Shown: positions 9,559-18,921 of the stretch, one piece after another
Layout: every line of letters starts with the position of its first letter
Numbering within the stretch: the first letter of the stretch is position 1
IMG/VR virus record: IMGVR_UViG_3300020020_000024
DNA length: 64,000 nt
Reading direction: 5' to 3' (one strand)
Source of the DNA: an uncultured virus (IMG/VR IMGVR_UViG_3300020020_000024)
Taxonomy: Duplodnaviria; Heunggongvirae; Uroviricota; Caudoviricetes
The notes under the pieces: model-generated
Told to the model about the DNA's origin: nothing
The model's input: the letters and a program-made list of their open reading frames with translations, nothing else
Databases searched by the model: none
Program-made: the position numbers and the translations under genes

Positions 9559-9651
9559 ATGAAAAACGTTTTACTGATAGTTGCGGTAGGTCTGGCAGTA
9601 GCTGCCGGATATACTTATTTAAAAACTCGTCAGCAAAATAAAGAGTCATAA
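9559..9651 (+). CDS. 30-aa membrane peptide (not in ORF track)
   Basis: MKNVLLIVAVGLAVAAGYTYLKTRQQNKES. Confidence 0.6.
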   Translation: MKNVLLIVAVGLAVAAGYTYLKTRQQNKES

Positions 9652-9687
9652 ATTTTTTTCTTATTCTTAACCTTTAAATTTAAAATC

Positions 9688-9825
9688 ATGGCAGACAATG
9701 TAGTAACAGCAAACGCTCCTACTAAATCAAATGCAATCGCATGGGCACTCGGCGCATTAGCATTAGGTGCAGTAGTTTTCGTGGTTGCTTTCGCTTGGAA
9801 GAAAGGCGAAAAAGCTGGTGCTTAA
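9688..9825 (+). CDS. 45-aa membrane peptide (not in ORF track)
   Basis: MADNVVTANAPTKSNAIAWALGALALGAVVFVVAFAWKKGEKAGA; A-rich leader. Confidence 0.7.
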   Translation: MADNVVTANAPTKSNAIAWALGALALGAVVFVVAFAWKKGEKAGA

Positions 9826-9905
9826 TATTAACCGGGGTCATTCCCGGCACATCCATGAGGATGGCCCCTGTTATTTTATCCATCTAAATCAATTAAGCAT
9901 TTATC

Positions 9906-10472
9906 ATGAATCAAGCATACAAGTATTATAAAGAACTTCCTGGTTTGGCCAAAGGAGTTGTCGTTGTCGGTGGGTTAGCGGTGCTGACCATTGTAGGATT
10001 TAAAGCCTATAAACTTATTTCTAAGACAATAGACCGTGAGAAGGAAAAGAAAGCCGTTGATGAATCGAAAGAAGAACTCAATGATCTTGAAAATAGTGGC
10101 GTTCGTCCAAGTTATCAGGATAGCCAATATTCTGGATGGGCAGATAAAATTCACAATCAGTTTGACGGTTGCGATTTTGACTGGTCATTTGTTGCGATGG
10201 GTTCGGTAGTTGGTATTGCTACGTCATCAGTAATGAATACGCTGAGCAATTCCGGTAAGACTGTGTATGCGATCCTTAGTAACATGAACAATGATGCAGA
10301 TTTCTTATCACTTGTTAAAGCATACGGTGTAAGGACATACGATCAGTGTGGTTGGTTCATGGGAGATTTCACAGGAAATCTTTACAAGGCTGTTAATGAT
10401 GAACTCAGCGCAAATGAAATTAAAGAAATGAATACCCTACTTGCAAAGAAGGGTATTAGTTATAAATTTTAA
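9906..10472 (+). CDS. N-anchored virion protein with helical domain
   Basis: TM VVVVGGLAVLTIVGF, coiled segment, helical C-domain. Confidence 0.7.
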   Translation: MNQAYKYYKELPGLAKGVVVVGGLAVLTIVGFKAYKLISKTIDREKEKKAVDESKEELNDLENSGVRPSYQDSQYSGWADKIHNQFDGCDFDWSFVAMGSVVGIATSSVMNTLSNSGKTVYAILSNMNNDADFLSLVKAYGVRTYDQCGWFMGDFTGNLYKAVNDELSANEIKEMNTLLAKKGISYKF

Positions 10473-10481
10473 TCCAGGCAG

Positions 10482-10997
10482 ATGAAAAACATTTATTTCA
10501 ATTTTATAAATGAACCCCAGGAAGGGTCGAATCTTAATTCAGCCTACCTGAATCTGTTTGGTATTTTGGAAGGTGATACAAGAGAAGCAAAAGAAACAAG
10601 ACTCGTTCTTGACGAGGTTCGCCAGTCAATGGGGCCATATAGCACTTGTGCAGAAGCGGATCAGAAAACTATTTGGCTTTCAAATGCGCTTGCAGACGTC
10701 AATAGAAAAATTACATCAGGGGAAACAGACGCTGTTGGTAAGAGGTATAAAACAGCTTTTGAAGTACTCTTGACAGAAGTAAGCTCTTACATTACCACCA
10801 ACTGTTTGGGCAAGCAAGCCACAGGTGCAGGTACAACAGATACTGCGCAAACTGTTATGAGCACTGGAGTAACTCAAAGTACTTCAACAGTCGCTCCTGC
10901 ACCAACAAAAATAAATTATATACTGGTCGCTGGTATTTCATTTTTAGTGCTTGTCGTGGGAGGGGTTATTATGTATAAGTTGGCAAAAAAGAAATAA
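10482..10997 (+). CDS. virion membrane protein (Cys-bounded helical hairpin, Thr linker, C-terminal TM + KKK)
   Basis: Paralogous to 16807-17313 (GETDAVGKRY vs GTTDRVGLRY). Confidence 0.75.
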   Translation: MKNIYFNFINEPQEGSNLNSAYLNLFGILEGDTREAKETRLVLDEVRQSMGPYSTCAEADQKTIWLSNALADVNRKITSGETDAVGKRYKTAFEVLLTEVSSYITTNCLGKQATGAGTTDTAQTVMSTGVTQSTSTVAPAPTKINYILVAGISFLVLVVGGVIMYKLAKKK

Positions 10998-11482
10998 TGA
11001 AAAAGACATTGATAATAGTGGCCCTGGTAGCTGTCGTAGGCACGGGGCTATATTTTTATTATAAGAAACAATCTACATTACTTCAAGAAATGAGGTATGA
11101 TATTGTTGGCTTCAATGTGCAGCAGGTAACCTCTGATAAGATAATAGTGAATATGAAATTGAGGATCACAAGCGATAGCGTTTTACAAACCGAGATTACT
11201 GATTTGAATATTGATATATACGTTGATGATGTCAAAATAGGAACTGTGAATAATTTGGCGAAGTTTATTTTACCGGCAAAGGGATATACAATAGTTGACA
11301 CAAAAGTTACTATATTGCCGGGAGAAGCCAGCAAAAGTGCTTTGGATTTGGTCTATGGTTTTATCAGAACAAATGATACGAGAGTTCGTATCGAAGGCTA
11401 CGCCAAAGCAAAGATTGCCGGAATAAATATTCCAACACCAATAAGTTATTCTACAACCCTAAAAGAGATCATTGGAGGTTAA
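10997..11482 (+). CDS. LEA type-2 (WHy) domain membrane protein
   Basis: N-terminal TM; LRITSDS...ITDLNIDIYVDDVKIG...FILPAKG pattern. Confidence 0.7.
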   Translation: MKKTLIIVALVAVVGTGLYFYYKKQSTLLQEMRYDIVGFNVQQVTSDKIIVNMKLRITSDSVLQTEITDLNIDIYVDDVKIGTVNNLAKFILPAKGYTIVDTKVTILPGEASKSALDLVYGFIRTNDTRVRIEGYAKAKIAGINIPTPISYSTTLKEIIGG

Positions 11483-11487
11483 AACGT

Positions 11488-11880
11488 ATGTTAAAAAAAA
11501 TGTTAGTGAAGCCCGTTTTTAATACCACCGTACTTGATGCAATAAAAAAAGCATCCGGGCGCATTTCAGAAAAAGTGAACAGAACACAGTTAATGATTTC
11601 GCTTAAAGAAGATGGATCAAACCAGTATATGATCTGTCGTGACTATAAAGCGATAGAAGAAGTTCAATATTCGGACTTCATGGGAAGTGAACAGGATCTA
11701 GAGTTGAGCATGAACCGGGTTTTAAAAGAATTTAATTTGGAGTTTAAGATGCTTCCAAATTCAGCGATAGTGCAATTCATTTCTGATGAAAAGGGGAAAC
11801 TGAGAATGTGCCTTTATGAAAAGAACAAATATGTAAAAGATATTTTATTTGATGATATATTTCACAAGCTGGAATTGTAA
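11488..11880 (+). CDS. hypothetical protein
   Basis: Tightly packed ORF in the operon. Confidence 0.65.
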   Translation: MLKKMLVKPVFNTTVLDAIKKASGRISEKVNRTQLMISLKEDGSNQYMICRDYKAIEEVQYSDFMGSEQDLELSMNRVLKEFNLEFKMLPNSAIVQFISDEKGKLRMCLYEKNKYVKDILFDDIFHKLEL

Positions 11881-11920
11881 GAATTAAGTTTTTTACTTCC
11901 GGCAATTTAAAATCCTTTAT

Positions 11921-12475
11921 ATGAAAAAGACCAGCGTTATACTTATTGGAGTCGGTGTAGCGGGAGCAATAGCAACTATTGCTTATCTTCTTTTAAGAAA
12001 GAAACCAGCACCTGCAACAACTACGAATAATTCAACTACGACAAATAGTAGTTCTGTAACGACCGAGACTGGTGCAGGTTCAACAACTCCTGGAACTACT
12101 GCTCCGACAACCCCGGTGGTAACTGTTCCGGCATCAACACCAACTGCGCAAACTGTGATCAATCCAACATCTGACACGATTGCGACACCTGTAATAACAA
12201 ATCCAGGTGTGAAAGTTTATGCAGACAAGAATTATGTAAATATGCAGTCGTATCTGCAACCAGGGTATTATGCCAACTCTGACCATTTGAGCAGAAATGG
12301 AATCGCAAACGATTCTATCAGTTCTCTACAATTAGACCCCGGAATCAGAATGGTTATTTATGAGGGCAGAGATCGTGGCGGCAGATCACTTGAAGTAACA
12401 AAGAGTGTTCCTGATCTCAGTATATATGGCTTTGATAATATGATTACGAGTATGGACATAGTAAGAGTTCTGTAA
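11921..12475 (+). CDS. membrane-anchored Thr-rich stalk with beta/gamma-crystallin (Greek key) domain
   Basis: VKVYADKNY...NDSISSLQL and MVIYEGRDRGG...DNMITSMDI are two Greek-key motifs. Confidence 0.75.
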   Translation: MKKTSVILIGVGVAGAIATIAYLLLRKKPAPATTTNNSTTTNSSSVTTETGAGSTTPGTTAPTTPVVTVPASTPTAQTVINPTSDTIATPVITNPGVKVYADKNYVNMQSYLQPGYYANSDHLSRNGIANDSISSLQLDPGIRMVIYEGRDRGGRSLEVTKSVPDLSIYGFDNMITSMDIVRVL

Positions 12476-12518
12476 AAATATTAGTGCCTAATAAGCACAT
12501 CACATAAATTAAAGTATC

Positions 12519-12794
12519 ATGTCTTATCCTCCACAAACGGGTGTGCATACAAGAACAATAACTGGCCCGATCGTAATTTCAAAAGATGACAATGTAAAAC
12601 AAATAAGCATTTCTGTTATTTCTGGAACATGCACCGTTTTAGGGAGTATGAAATTTCAGAATGAGGAGTCAGACCCAATAACTCTTGGTGCAGCAACAAC
12701 TCCATCGCTTACTATACCTGCAACATCGGGTGGCGCACTTGATGGAATAACAATTACGCCAACGGGCAGTGCAATTATTATTGTTATGACTTAA
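12519..12794 (+). CDS. small beta-rich structural protein
   Basis: Beta-strand pattern; directly upstream of the fibre gene. Confidence 0.6.
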   Translation: MSYPPQTGVHTRTITGPIVISKDDNVKQISISVISGTCTVLGSMKFQNEESDPITLGAATTPSLTIPATSGGALDGITITPTGSAIIIVMT

Positions 12795-12811
12795 TCGTTA
12801 AAATTTATAAA

Positions 12812-14365
12812 ATGAGTTTTAATCAAAATAGTACGTTTGGTTTTGGTGGTGGTGCTGGTGGTGGTAGTGGCCCAGGTGGACTGTCAGATGCCAACAATGG
12901 TCTTTCCGTTAGTGGTGGGGCTATTGCTGTGTTAGGACAGGATATTGGTGAAGTTGGTAATCCAGGCCAATTATTAAGTGACAGGGAAATTCCTTTAAAT
13001 GCTTTTAATCTTCATATTGGAGTAATGGATACTGCCATATGGATTGAAGAAGTAAACCAGGAAATTTATATCGGAGACCCATTCGGAGTTGGAAGCGGTG
13101 CTTTACTTGAGTTGCGTACTGGCTCAGGCAGATTACAATATTACGACAACAACGGAACGTATTTAGATATTGATCCATTTTCGAGCAGGTACAGGTTTGG
13201 AGATTTTGATATTGCAAATAATGGAACACAGTTAGATATTGATGATGCTAATATATTGGTAGCGTTGGGTGATGTTGCCAGCCAGTATAGTAATTTTCAA
13301 CTACTCATTGACATCATTAATGAAGATATTTTTTTAGGAGACCCAAATTTTATTGGGCCAGTTGTTGAAATTACAGGTTTCGGAGGAGGTAGTAATCCGT
13401 TATTTGAAGCATATGTACCAAGCAATGCAGACGCCGACAGCTATATTGATTTAAGTATGTTTCATAATGGAGATGTTGTGTTTTTGTTGGATATGCAGGG
13501 ATTATCGAATCGCTATCAACTGAATTGGAGATTGGATACAAACACCGGAGATTTCTTTTCAATTGAGCGCCGTGACGGAGGTGTTTTTAGAAATCTATTT
13601 ATTGATTTTACAAATGATCTTTATGAATTTGGAGATATAAATGCACAAACTAACGGCACGCACCTTGCCATTGACGATGCGGATATGAGATTTACAATGA
13701 TTGCAACAACCTCATTTTTAAATATGCTTGACCTTAATGGATCAACAAGGTTGTACCGGATGGGTGAATTTGACAACGGTTCTGATTTTGCTTTCGTAAT
13801 GGATGCAGATAATCAAGTTTCACAAATAAAATTAGGCAACAACTATTTAGATATTAATGTACCCGCATTACGATATCAGTTTGGGGATGTTGATCAAGTA
13901 AATAATAATAGTCGGATAGATATTAACGGATCGCCTGGTAGTGCTGTTATTGCACTAGTTATCGCAGGAAACCCAATGTTTGAAGGGTTTGAAAATGGCG
14001 TTCGTGCTGAGATGGGTGATGTAGGTAATGTTGTAAATGGTACAAAGGTCAGAGTTTCTGTTAATGGCGGGATTGATACGGTCTACCAAAATCAAACTCG
14101 TGGTTTTCTACTGGACATGATTAGTTCTATTCATCAATTCGGAATATCTAATATCGGTAATCAACCTATATTAACATCGAATGGTAGTTCATTACGGATG
14201 TACACAGAACAATTTGATCAATTAATAGGAACATCAGGTACGGCATATGCCAATGGAGCAGCCGCTCAGCTAGGCACATTGACAAATGCGCCAGCTGCTG
14301 GCAATCCTACGAAGTGGCTTAAAATAAACGATAATGGCACAATAAGGCATATACCAGCTTGGTAA
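12812..14365 (+). CDS. spike/fibre protein with internal Y/F-x-(F/M/L)-G-D repeats
   Basis: Gly hinge; repeated YRFGD/YEFGD/YQFGD and NGTxLxIDD units; C-terminal TLTNAPAAGNPTKW...IPAW. Confidence 0.65.
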   Translation: MSFNQNSTFGFGGGAGGGSGPGGLSDANNGLSVSGGAIAVLGQDIGEVGNPGQLLSDREIPLNAFNLHIGVMDTAIWIEEVNQEIYIGDPFGVGSGALLELRTGSGRLQYYDNNGTYLDIDPFSSRYRFGDFDIANNGTQLDIDDANILVALGDVASQYSNFQLLIDIINEDIFLGDPNFIGPVVEITGFGGGSNPLFEAYVPSNADADSYIDLSMFHNGDVVFLLDMQGLSNRYQLNWRLDTNTGDFFSIERRDGGVFRNLFIDFTNDLYEFGDINAQTNGTHLAIDDADMRFTMIATTSFLNMLDLNGSTRLYRMGEFDNGSDFAFVMDADNQVSQIKLGNNYLDINVPALRYQFGDVDQVNNNSRIDINGSPGSAVIALVIAGNPMFEGFENGVRAEMGDVGNVVNGTKVRVSVNGGIDTVYQNQTRGFLLDMISSIHQFGISNIGNQPILTSNGSSLRMYTEQFDQLIGTSGTAYANGAAAQLGTLTNAPAAGNPTKWLKINDNGTIRHIPAW

Positions 14366-14405
14366 AAATTAGTCACTTATTTTTTAATCATATAAAAACA
14401 CGATC

Positions 14406-14633
14406 ATGGACTTAAAAGTTAAAGTCAGCAGTCTTAAAGCAGTTCCGAAGAACGCAAGAATTCCGAATCCACAGAACCCCAATCAACCAATTGTTATGCA
14501 AAAAGACATTTTGGTGATTGAGTGCGTATCTGCCGAATCGGATGAAATTGCGGCTCGGTTGTCAGTAGATGCTGAGAAGTATCCTGGTGTTAAGGATTTA
14601 AAAATCTCTCAGGAAATTACAATCACGATATAA
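14406..14633 (+). CDS. hypothetical protein (possible fibre chaperone)
   Basis: Follows the fibre gene and precedes a terminator. Confidence 0.55.
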   Translation: MDLKVKVSSLKAVPKNARIPNPQNPNQPIVMQKDILVIECVSAESDEIAARLSVDAEKYPGVKDLKISQEITITI

Positions 14634-14643
14634 AAGTCGTGCG

Positions 14644-14678
14644 GTAAGTCATAGTGATAGCATTATGACTTACTTTTT
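14644..14678 (+). terminator. intrinsic terminator
   Basis: GTAAGTCATAGTG-atag-CATTATGACTTAC-TTTTT. Confidence 0.8.
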
Positions 14679-14781
14679 ATTAAACCGATTCGTTACGAAA
14701 TCCACATATAGTAATAACCAATGTAACTACTATTAGATACAAAAGTTATTTTATATTTTGCAACGAAATCCAATATTTTTT

Positions 14782-15204
14782 ATGAGCCACTATTTATTGC
14801 AGTCAATTCTTTTGCAGGGTTTACTTGGCGACATTGAGCCTCTTTTCTTTTTATGGTGTGCATTTTGGGCATGTATAGGAGTTATTATAACACTACTTGC
14901 CGGAACAATGGTTCGTGACCCGGAAAGCAAATGCAGCCCCAGAAAATGGTCTTTTTTATATCTTATAAGAGACAATTACAAAAGGATCATTTGGAATGCA
15001 GTTCTAATCTTCATAGCAATAAGATTTTATGAAGATATTACTGGATGGGCATTAACTCATTGGTCAGCTTTATGTATTGGTCTGTCTTTTGATACAATAC
15101 TGATGATCATAAAACAGAAATCAAGCTGGCTAGATCCATCAAAAAAAGCAATTTCTAAACAACCACCGCAACCCTCTGATAATGGAAAATCTTCTAACGA
15201 ATAA
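14782..15204 (+). CDS. multi-TM membrane protein (holin-like)
   Basis: About three hydrophobic helices and a charged C-tail. ATG14782 follows the AAATCCAATATT leader. Confidence 0.55.
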   Translation: MSHYLLQSILLQGLLGDIEPLFFLWCAFWACIGVIITLLAGTMVRDPESKCSPRKWSFLYLIRDNYKRIIWNAVLIFIAIRFYEDITGWALTHWSALCIGLSFDTILMIIKQKSSWLDPSKKAISKQPPQPSDNGKSSNE

Positions 15205-15216
15205 AATTGAGGTAGC

Positions 15217-15516
15217 ATGGAAAGGAAATTAATAAACAGTCAAGTTATGCCAGACGCAGACAAGTACACTCTTGAAATCATAGGTGCAGTAATAGGATTA
15301 ATGTGCTACTTCTTATTTACAGATGGTAGTGGATTTTTCATGATCCATATTGATTGGATCGCCTACATATTCTCGGCAATAGAAGTAGGATTTGTAACAT
15401 TCTTTTCCGGTTTCCTCACATTTCTGGGTAAGAAATTCGGCGAAAAATGGTATAAAAAGCATTTTGAAAAAGGCACAAAAGGCATGAACCAGGGCCGTGA
15501 GCCAACCGATCTGTAA
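15217..15516 (+). CDS. two-TM membrane protein (holin/antiholin-like)
   Basis: Two hydrophobic helices and a basic C-tail. Confidence 0.5.
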   Translation: MERKLINSQVMPDADKYTLEIIGAVIGLMCYFLFTDGSGFFMIHIDWIAYIFSAIEVGFVTFFSGFLTFLGKKFGEKWYKKHFEKGTKGMNQGREPTDL

Positions 15517-15624
15517 GAGGAAATTAATAGTTTGAGTTACAGAACTCAAATGCTTATATTAGCGACTGATATAAGATACTGACCAGCAATGGTTGGTATC
15601 TGAACCAATAAATCCAATATTACC

Positions 15625-16329
15625 ATGAGTCCAAAAACCAAAAGGATATTATTTATCTTGGCCCCACTTGTTTTAGGCGGTGGCGTCATTTTGTATTTGA
15701 ATCGTAAAAAGAAAACTCCAGTTAATGATAGAACAGATGCTGGTGATACAGATTCAAAACAACTTCAACAAACGTTGACATCATCAGCAAATTTATTCCC
15801 ATTAAAAAAAGGTAGTCGTGGTGATCTTGTAGCTGCGTTGCAAAATGCACTTATTGCCGCTTATGGTAAGGCGTTGCTTCCTAAGTATGGTGCTGATGCT
15901 GATTGGGGAACAGAAACCGATACGGCTGTTCAATCAAAATTGGGCATTACTCAAATTGCTGATAAAACTCAATTCAATTCGATCATCACAAGTCTTAAAA
16001 CAAGTGCTGCGGCGCAGCAGATTACAAGTGCTGCAATCAGCAAAGCTCAGCAGATTTTTAATAACTGGACAAATAATGCAGCGTTAAAATTAATTGTTAC
16101 TGCACCACTCAGTGCAGCAGTAGTAACGATTGATTATAACAAGACCGCTTCTTCTACTGGTAAGTTTGAAAATGTTGCCGCTAATACGCCGCTTCCAAGA
16201 GAGCATTACCAGCCTTATCTTGTTTTGTCTAACGGTAATCTTGTGGTTAAGCATATAACTACTTACTGGATCGGTGATCCGGATGTAACGTATCTCGTAT
16301 TCAGACCTGACACAACAACCTTGATTTAA
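15625..16329 (+). CDS. membrane-anchored peptidoglycan-binding (PG_binding_1) protein
   Basis: N-terminal TM; FPLKKGSRGDLVAALQNAL...GADADWGTETDTAV. Confidence 0.8.
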   Translation: MSPKTKRILFILAPLVLGGGVILYLNRKKKTPVNDRTDAGDTDSKQLQQTLTSSANLFPLKKGSRGDLVAALQNALIAAYGKALLPKYGADADWGTETDTAVQSKLGITQIADKTQFNSIITSLKTSAAAQQITSAAISKAQQIFNNWTNNAALKLIVTAPLSAAVVTIDYNKTASSTGKFENVAANTPLPREHYQPYLVLSNGNLVVKHITTYWIGDPDVTYLVFRPDTTTLI

Positions 16330-16339
16330 AAAGCCTTGT

Positions 16340-16519
16340 ATGAAAAAAAAGTACGGAGTTATTATGGTCGTGGTAGGTGCTTTGATGGTGAGTGCAGGTT
16401 TATATCTTTTACTCAAACCAAAAAAGAAGCAAGAGGATGATTTGGCGGTAAACAATACTACTACAAATAATACATTAGTAAATAGTCTTAGTGAAGAACA
16501 ATTACTTCACGGAGATTAA
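16340..16519 (+). CDS. small N-anchored membrane protein (59 aa; not in ORF track)
   Basis: MKKKYGVIMVVVGALMVSAGLYLLLKPKKK... Confidence 0.7.
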   Translation: MKKKYGVIMVVVGALMVSAGLYLLLKPKKKQEDDLAVNNTTTNNTLVNSLSEEQLLHGD

Positions 16520-16537
16520 AATACAAATCCAATATTA

Positions 16538-16804
16538 ATGAATAAGAACACTAAAACATTTTTGCTCGTACTAGGTGTTGCGGCTGTTGGATGGATGGGA
16601 TGGCAAGCCTGGAAAAAGAAGCAACAAAGCGATGCGGTTGAGGCCGCTAAGAAAGAAGAATTGAAAGCTGGTAGTACAGCCCCGGCAACATCAACTGGTG
16701 CGCAGGTTGTAAAGGATGTTTCAGAAGGTGTAATGATCCCAACGGATCAAGTGACAAGTTATGCTACTCCTATTGAGCAGGATACTATTTCAAATGTGAT
16801 GTAA
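16538..16804 (+). CDS. N-anchored membrane protein
   Basis: TM followed by WKKK; AAATCCAATATTA leader. Confidence 0.7.
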   Translation: MNKNTKTFLLVLGVAAVGWMGWQAWKKKQQSDAVEAAKKEELKAGSTAPATSTGAQVVKDVSEGVMIPTDQVTSYATPIEQDTISNVM

Positions 16805-16806
16805 CA

Positions 16807-17313
16807 ATGAAAGAGCAAGCAAATTATATCGGTGCCGGTAGCATGGATCAGTATTTTAATATACTGCCCATAATTACCGCTATTGCTACATCGCCAGACG
16901 AGGAAGCAGAACGTTTGAAAGCATATAATGAAATAGCTGCAAAGTATCCGATCACGTCTAAGATTGATTGTTTGACGATCCGGGCCGTAATGCAAGACAT
17001 GGATGGAAATATTGAGGACATTGAAAAGCAAAGGGTTTTAGGAACTACTGACCGGGTAGGACTTCGTTACATACTAGCATATCAAAGAAGGAAATCCGAA
17101 TTTGAAAGTATATGGAATCAGATGCAATGTGCCGATAAACTAGCACAAGCTAAAGACGAACTTTTTCTCGATCAGCAATACGATCAACTTGAAAAGGTAC
17201 AGAAGTTAGGACAGGATGCAGGTAAGGCTGCAACGTATGTTATTTGGGGAATGCTTGGTCTTGTTGTTGTAGCAACCGGAATTTTCATGTATAAGAAATT
17301 AAAAAAGAAGTAA
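16807..17313 (+). CDS. virion membrane protein, C-terminal TM + KKLKKK
   Basis: Paralogue of 10482-10997. Confidence 0.75.
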   Translation: MKEQANYIGAGSMDQYFNILPIITAIATSPDEEAERLKAYNEIAAKYPITSKIDCLTIRAVMQDMDGNIEDIEKQRVLGTTDRVGLRYILAYQRRKSEFESIWNQMQCADKLAQAKDELFLDQQYDQLEKVQKLGQDAGKAATYVIWGMLGLVVVATGIFMYKKLKKK

Positions 17314-17666
17314 TGATTGATCACTCGGCCGAAATGTTAAATGCAATTGATCCTGTTTCTGCTGTTACGCAGATTGGTACTGCTACGGCTAATACCATTG
17401 CAGGAATCAGTGACATGAACAAGCGCCGGGAGTTCGACCAGGCACTTCAATCATTAACCAACAGCCAGCAGCAAGAGTTAAATGAAAAACTACTTTCTGC
17501 AAATACGCAGAATGATAGACTGCGTATCCTTTCGGAATCAATGACCAATTACCTGATAGCAAACCAGGCCAAAGGAACAACAAGCAATATTTTTTTATAC
17601 GCAATAGCAGGAGTTCTTGCTATTGGTTTATTTGTAGGTGTTATTTATTTAAGTAAGAGCAAATGA
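17313..17666 (+). CDS. virion membrane protein, coiled coil + C-terminal TM
   Basis: Gln-rich coil, FLYAIAGVLAIGLFVGVIYL. Confidence 0.7.
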   Translation: MIDHSAEMLNAIDPVSAVTQIGTATANTIAGISDMNKRREFDQALQSLTNSQQQELNEKLLSANTQNDRLRILSESMTNYLIANQAKGTTSNIFLYAIAGVLAIGLFVGVIYLSKSK

Positions 17667-17968
17667 TGAAACTAACAGTTGACGATAGAAAAACGATACT
17701 CGGTGCCGTGGCCGGATTTCTGCTTTTTGCATGTGTTATTTATTTGTTTGATACAAACAAAAACGCAGAAGAAAAAGTTTCAGAAAAAGATATTGAAGAT
17801 GTTGTTTCGGCTTACCAGGATGCAATGAGTGCAAATGAAAGTAAAGAGTTTCTGGACGAACTTAATCGGGGATTAATGAAAGAATACGGCCTAGCTGTTT
17901 CTTATCGTTCAACGGACGGAAAGTTTATTGTAAAAAATAAAGCTGGCAACACTATTAGAGTTGTATAA
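17663..17968 (+). CDS. N-anchored membrane protein
   Basis: N-terminal TM; overlaps the previous stop. Confidence 0.65.
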   Translation: MMKLTVDDRKTILGAVAGFLLFACVIYLFDTNKNAEEKVSEKDIEDVVSAYQDAMSANESKEFLDELNRGLMKEYGLAVSYRSTDGKFIVKNKAGNTIRVV

Positions 17969-17970
17969 AA

Positions 17971-18498
17971 ATGAATAATGAGCAAATTGTATATACTGCA
18001 GCCAGAGAAATGGACGTACCTGATCACGGTGCGGTTTTAGTCGTTCAACAAGCTATACATGAGTCAGCCGATTTTTCCTCTCACGTTTTTCAGACAGATA
18101 ACAACGCCTTTGGAATGAAAGTTCCTGCTGTAAGAAAGTCTCCTTACATAGCGGGGCCAAGTACTATTGTAATGGTGAGTGAGGGCAAGCAGCCATACGC
18201 TCATTATGACAGTTTATCTGATAGCGCAAAAGATCTAGTTCATTGGTTAACGTATAAAGGAATTGATTGGACTAAGATCACCAATGAAACAGAGTATGCA
18301 GCGTTTTTAAAAAAGAGTGGTTATTATGGCGATAGCCAGGATAATTATACTGATGCGTTGCTGCGTCATTATACCGAAGCAAAGAACGCCATAGGTAAGG
18401 CAATAAGGGAGAATCAGGGTGTCACTATTGCTACCGGATTAACTTTATTTGCAATGCTTGGATTTTATATTTACAAAATCGCAACGAGGAAAAAATAA
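17971..18498 (+). CDS. GH73/glucosaminidase-like muralytic enzyme with C-terminal membrane anchor
   Basis: QAIHES, NNAFGMK, YAHYDSLSDS, LKKSGYY motifs; C-terminal TM + RKK. Confidence 0.75.
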   Translation: MNNEQIVYTAAREMDVPDHGAVLVVQQAIHESADFSSHVFQTDNNAFGMKVPAVRKSPYIAGPSTIVMVSEGKQPYAHYDSLSDSAKDLVHWLTYKGIDWTKITNETEYAAFLKKSGYYGDSQDNYTDALLRHYTEAKNAIGKAIRENQGVTIATGLTLFAMLGFYIYKIATRKK

Positions 18499-18921
18499 AT
18501 GTCCGTATATACGCCTACCATAACCATTGCTTCAACTCCTGCGATAGAAATAACAGCAGCTGGCTTGACCTATGATGAATTAATTGCTTCTTTTGGCAAT
18601 TACAATTACCTTATTCGTTGTTTATTTATCCAGGCTTTAAGCATTGATCAAACATTACAGGAACTCACCTTTCAAACATATGATTCAAATGGGCAGATGT
18701 ATATCAGGACAGTATCACCACCTGTGAGCCCGTATCAATATCAGCCATCCCTTATGATGGATGTTCGTGAACAATGTATAATGATCAATGGAAGGACATC
18801 CTTATCATTCAATCTACTTCCGCTTGAAACATTAAGTTTGATGATCTATGCCGCCAGAGATTATGTTGGGGAATATCTTGAACGTTTTGGAATACCAAAT
18901 AAAATGCAGGTGCAGATATGA
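18499..18921 (+). CDS. minor capsid-like protein, paralogue of 5515-6192
   Basis: GLTYDEL / DSNG / VSPYQYQ / INGRTSLSF align with GVSYREL / DANG / VDPYQQQ / IDGFTKLTF. Confidence 0.7.
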   Translation: MSVYTPTITIASTPAIEITAAGLTYDELIASFGNYNYLIRCLFIQALSIDQTLQELTFQTYDSNGQMYIRTVSPPVSPYQYQPSLMMDVREQCIMINGRTSLSFNLLPLETLSLMIYAARDYVGEYLERFGIPNKMQVQI

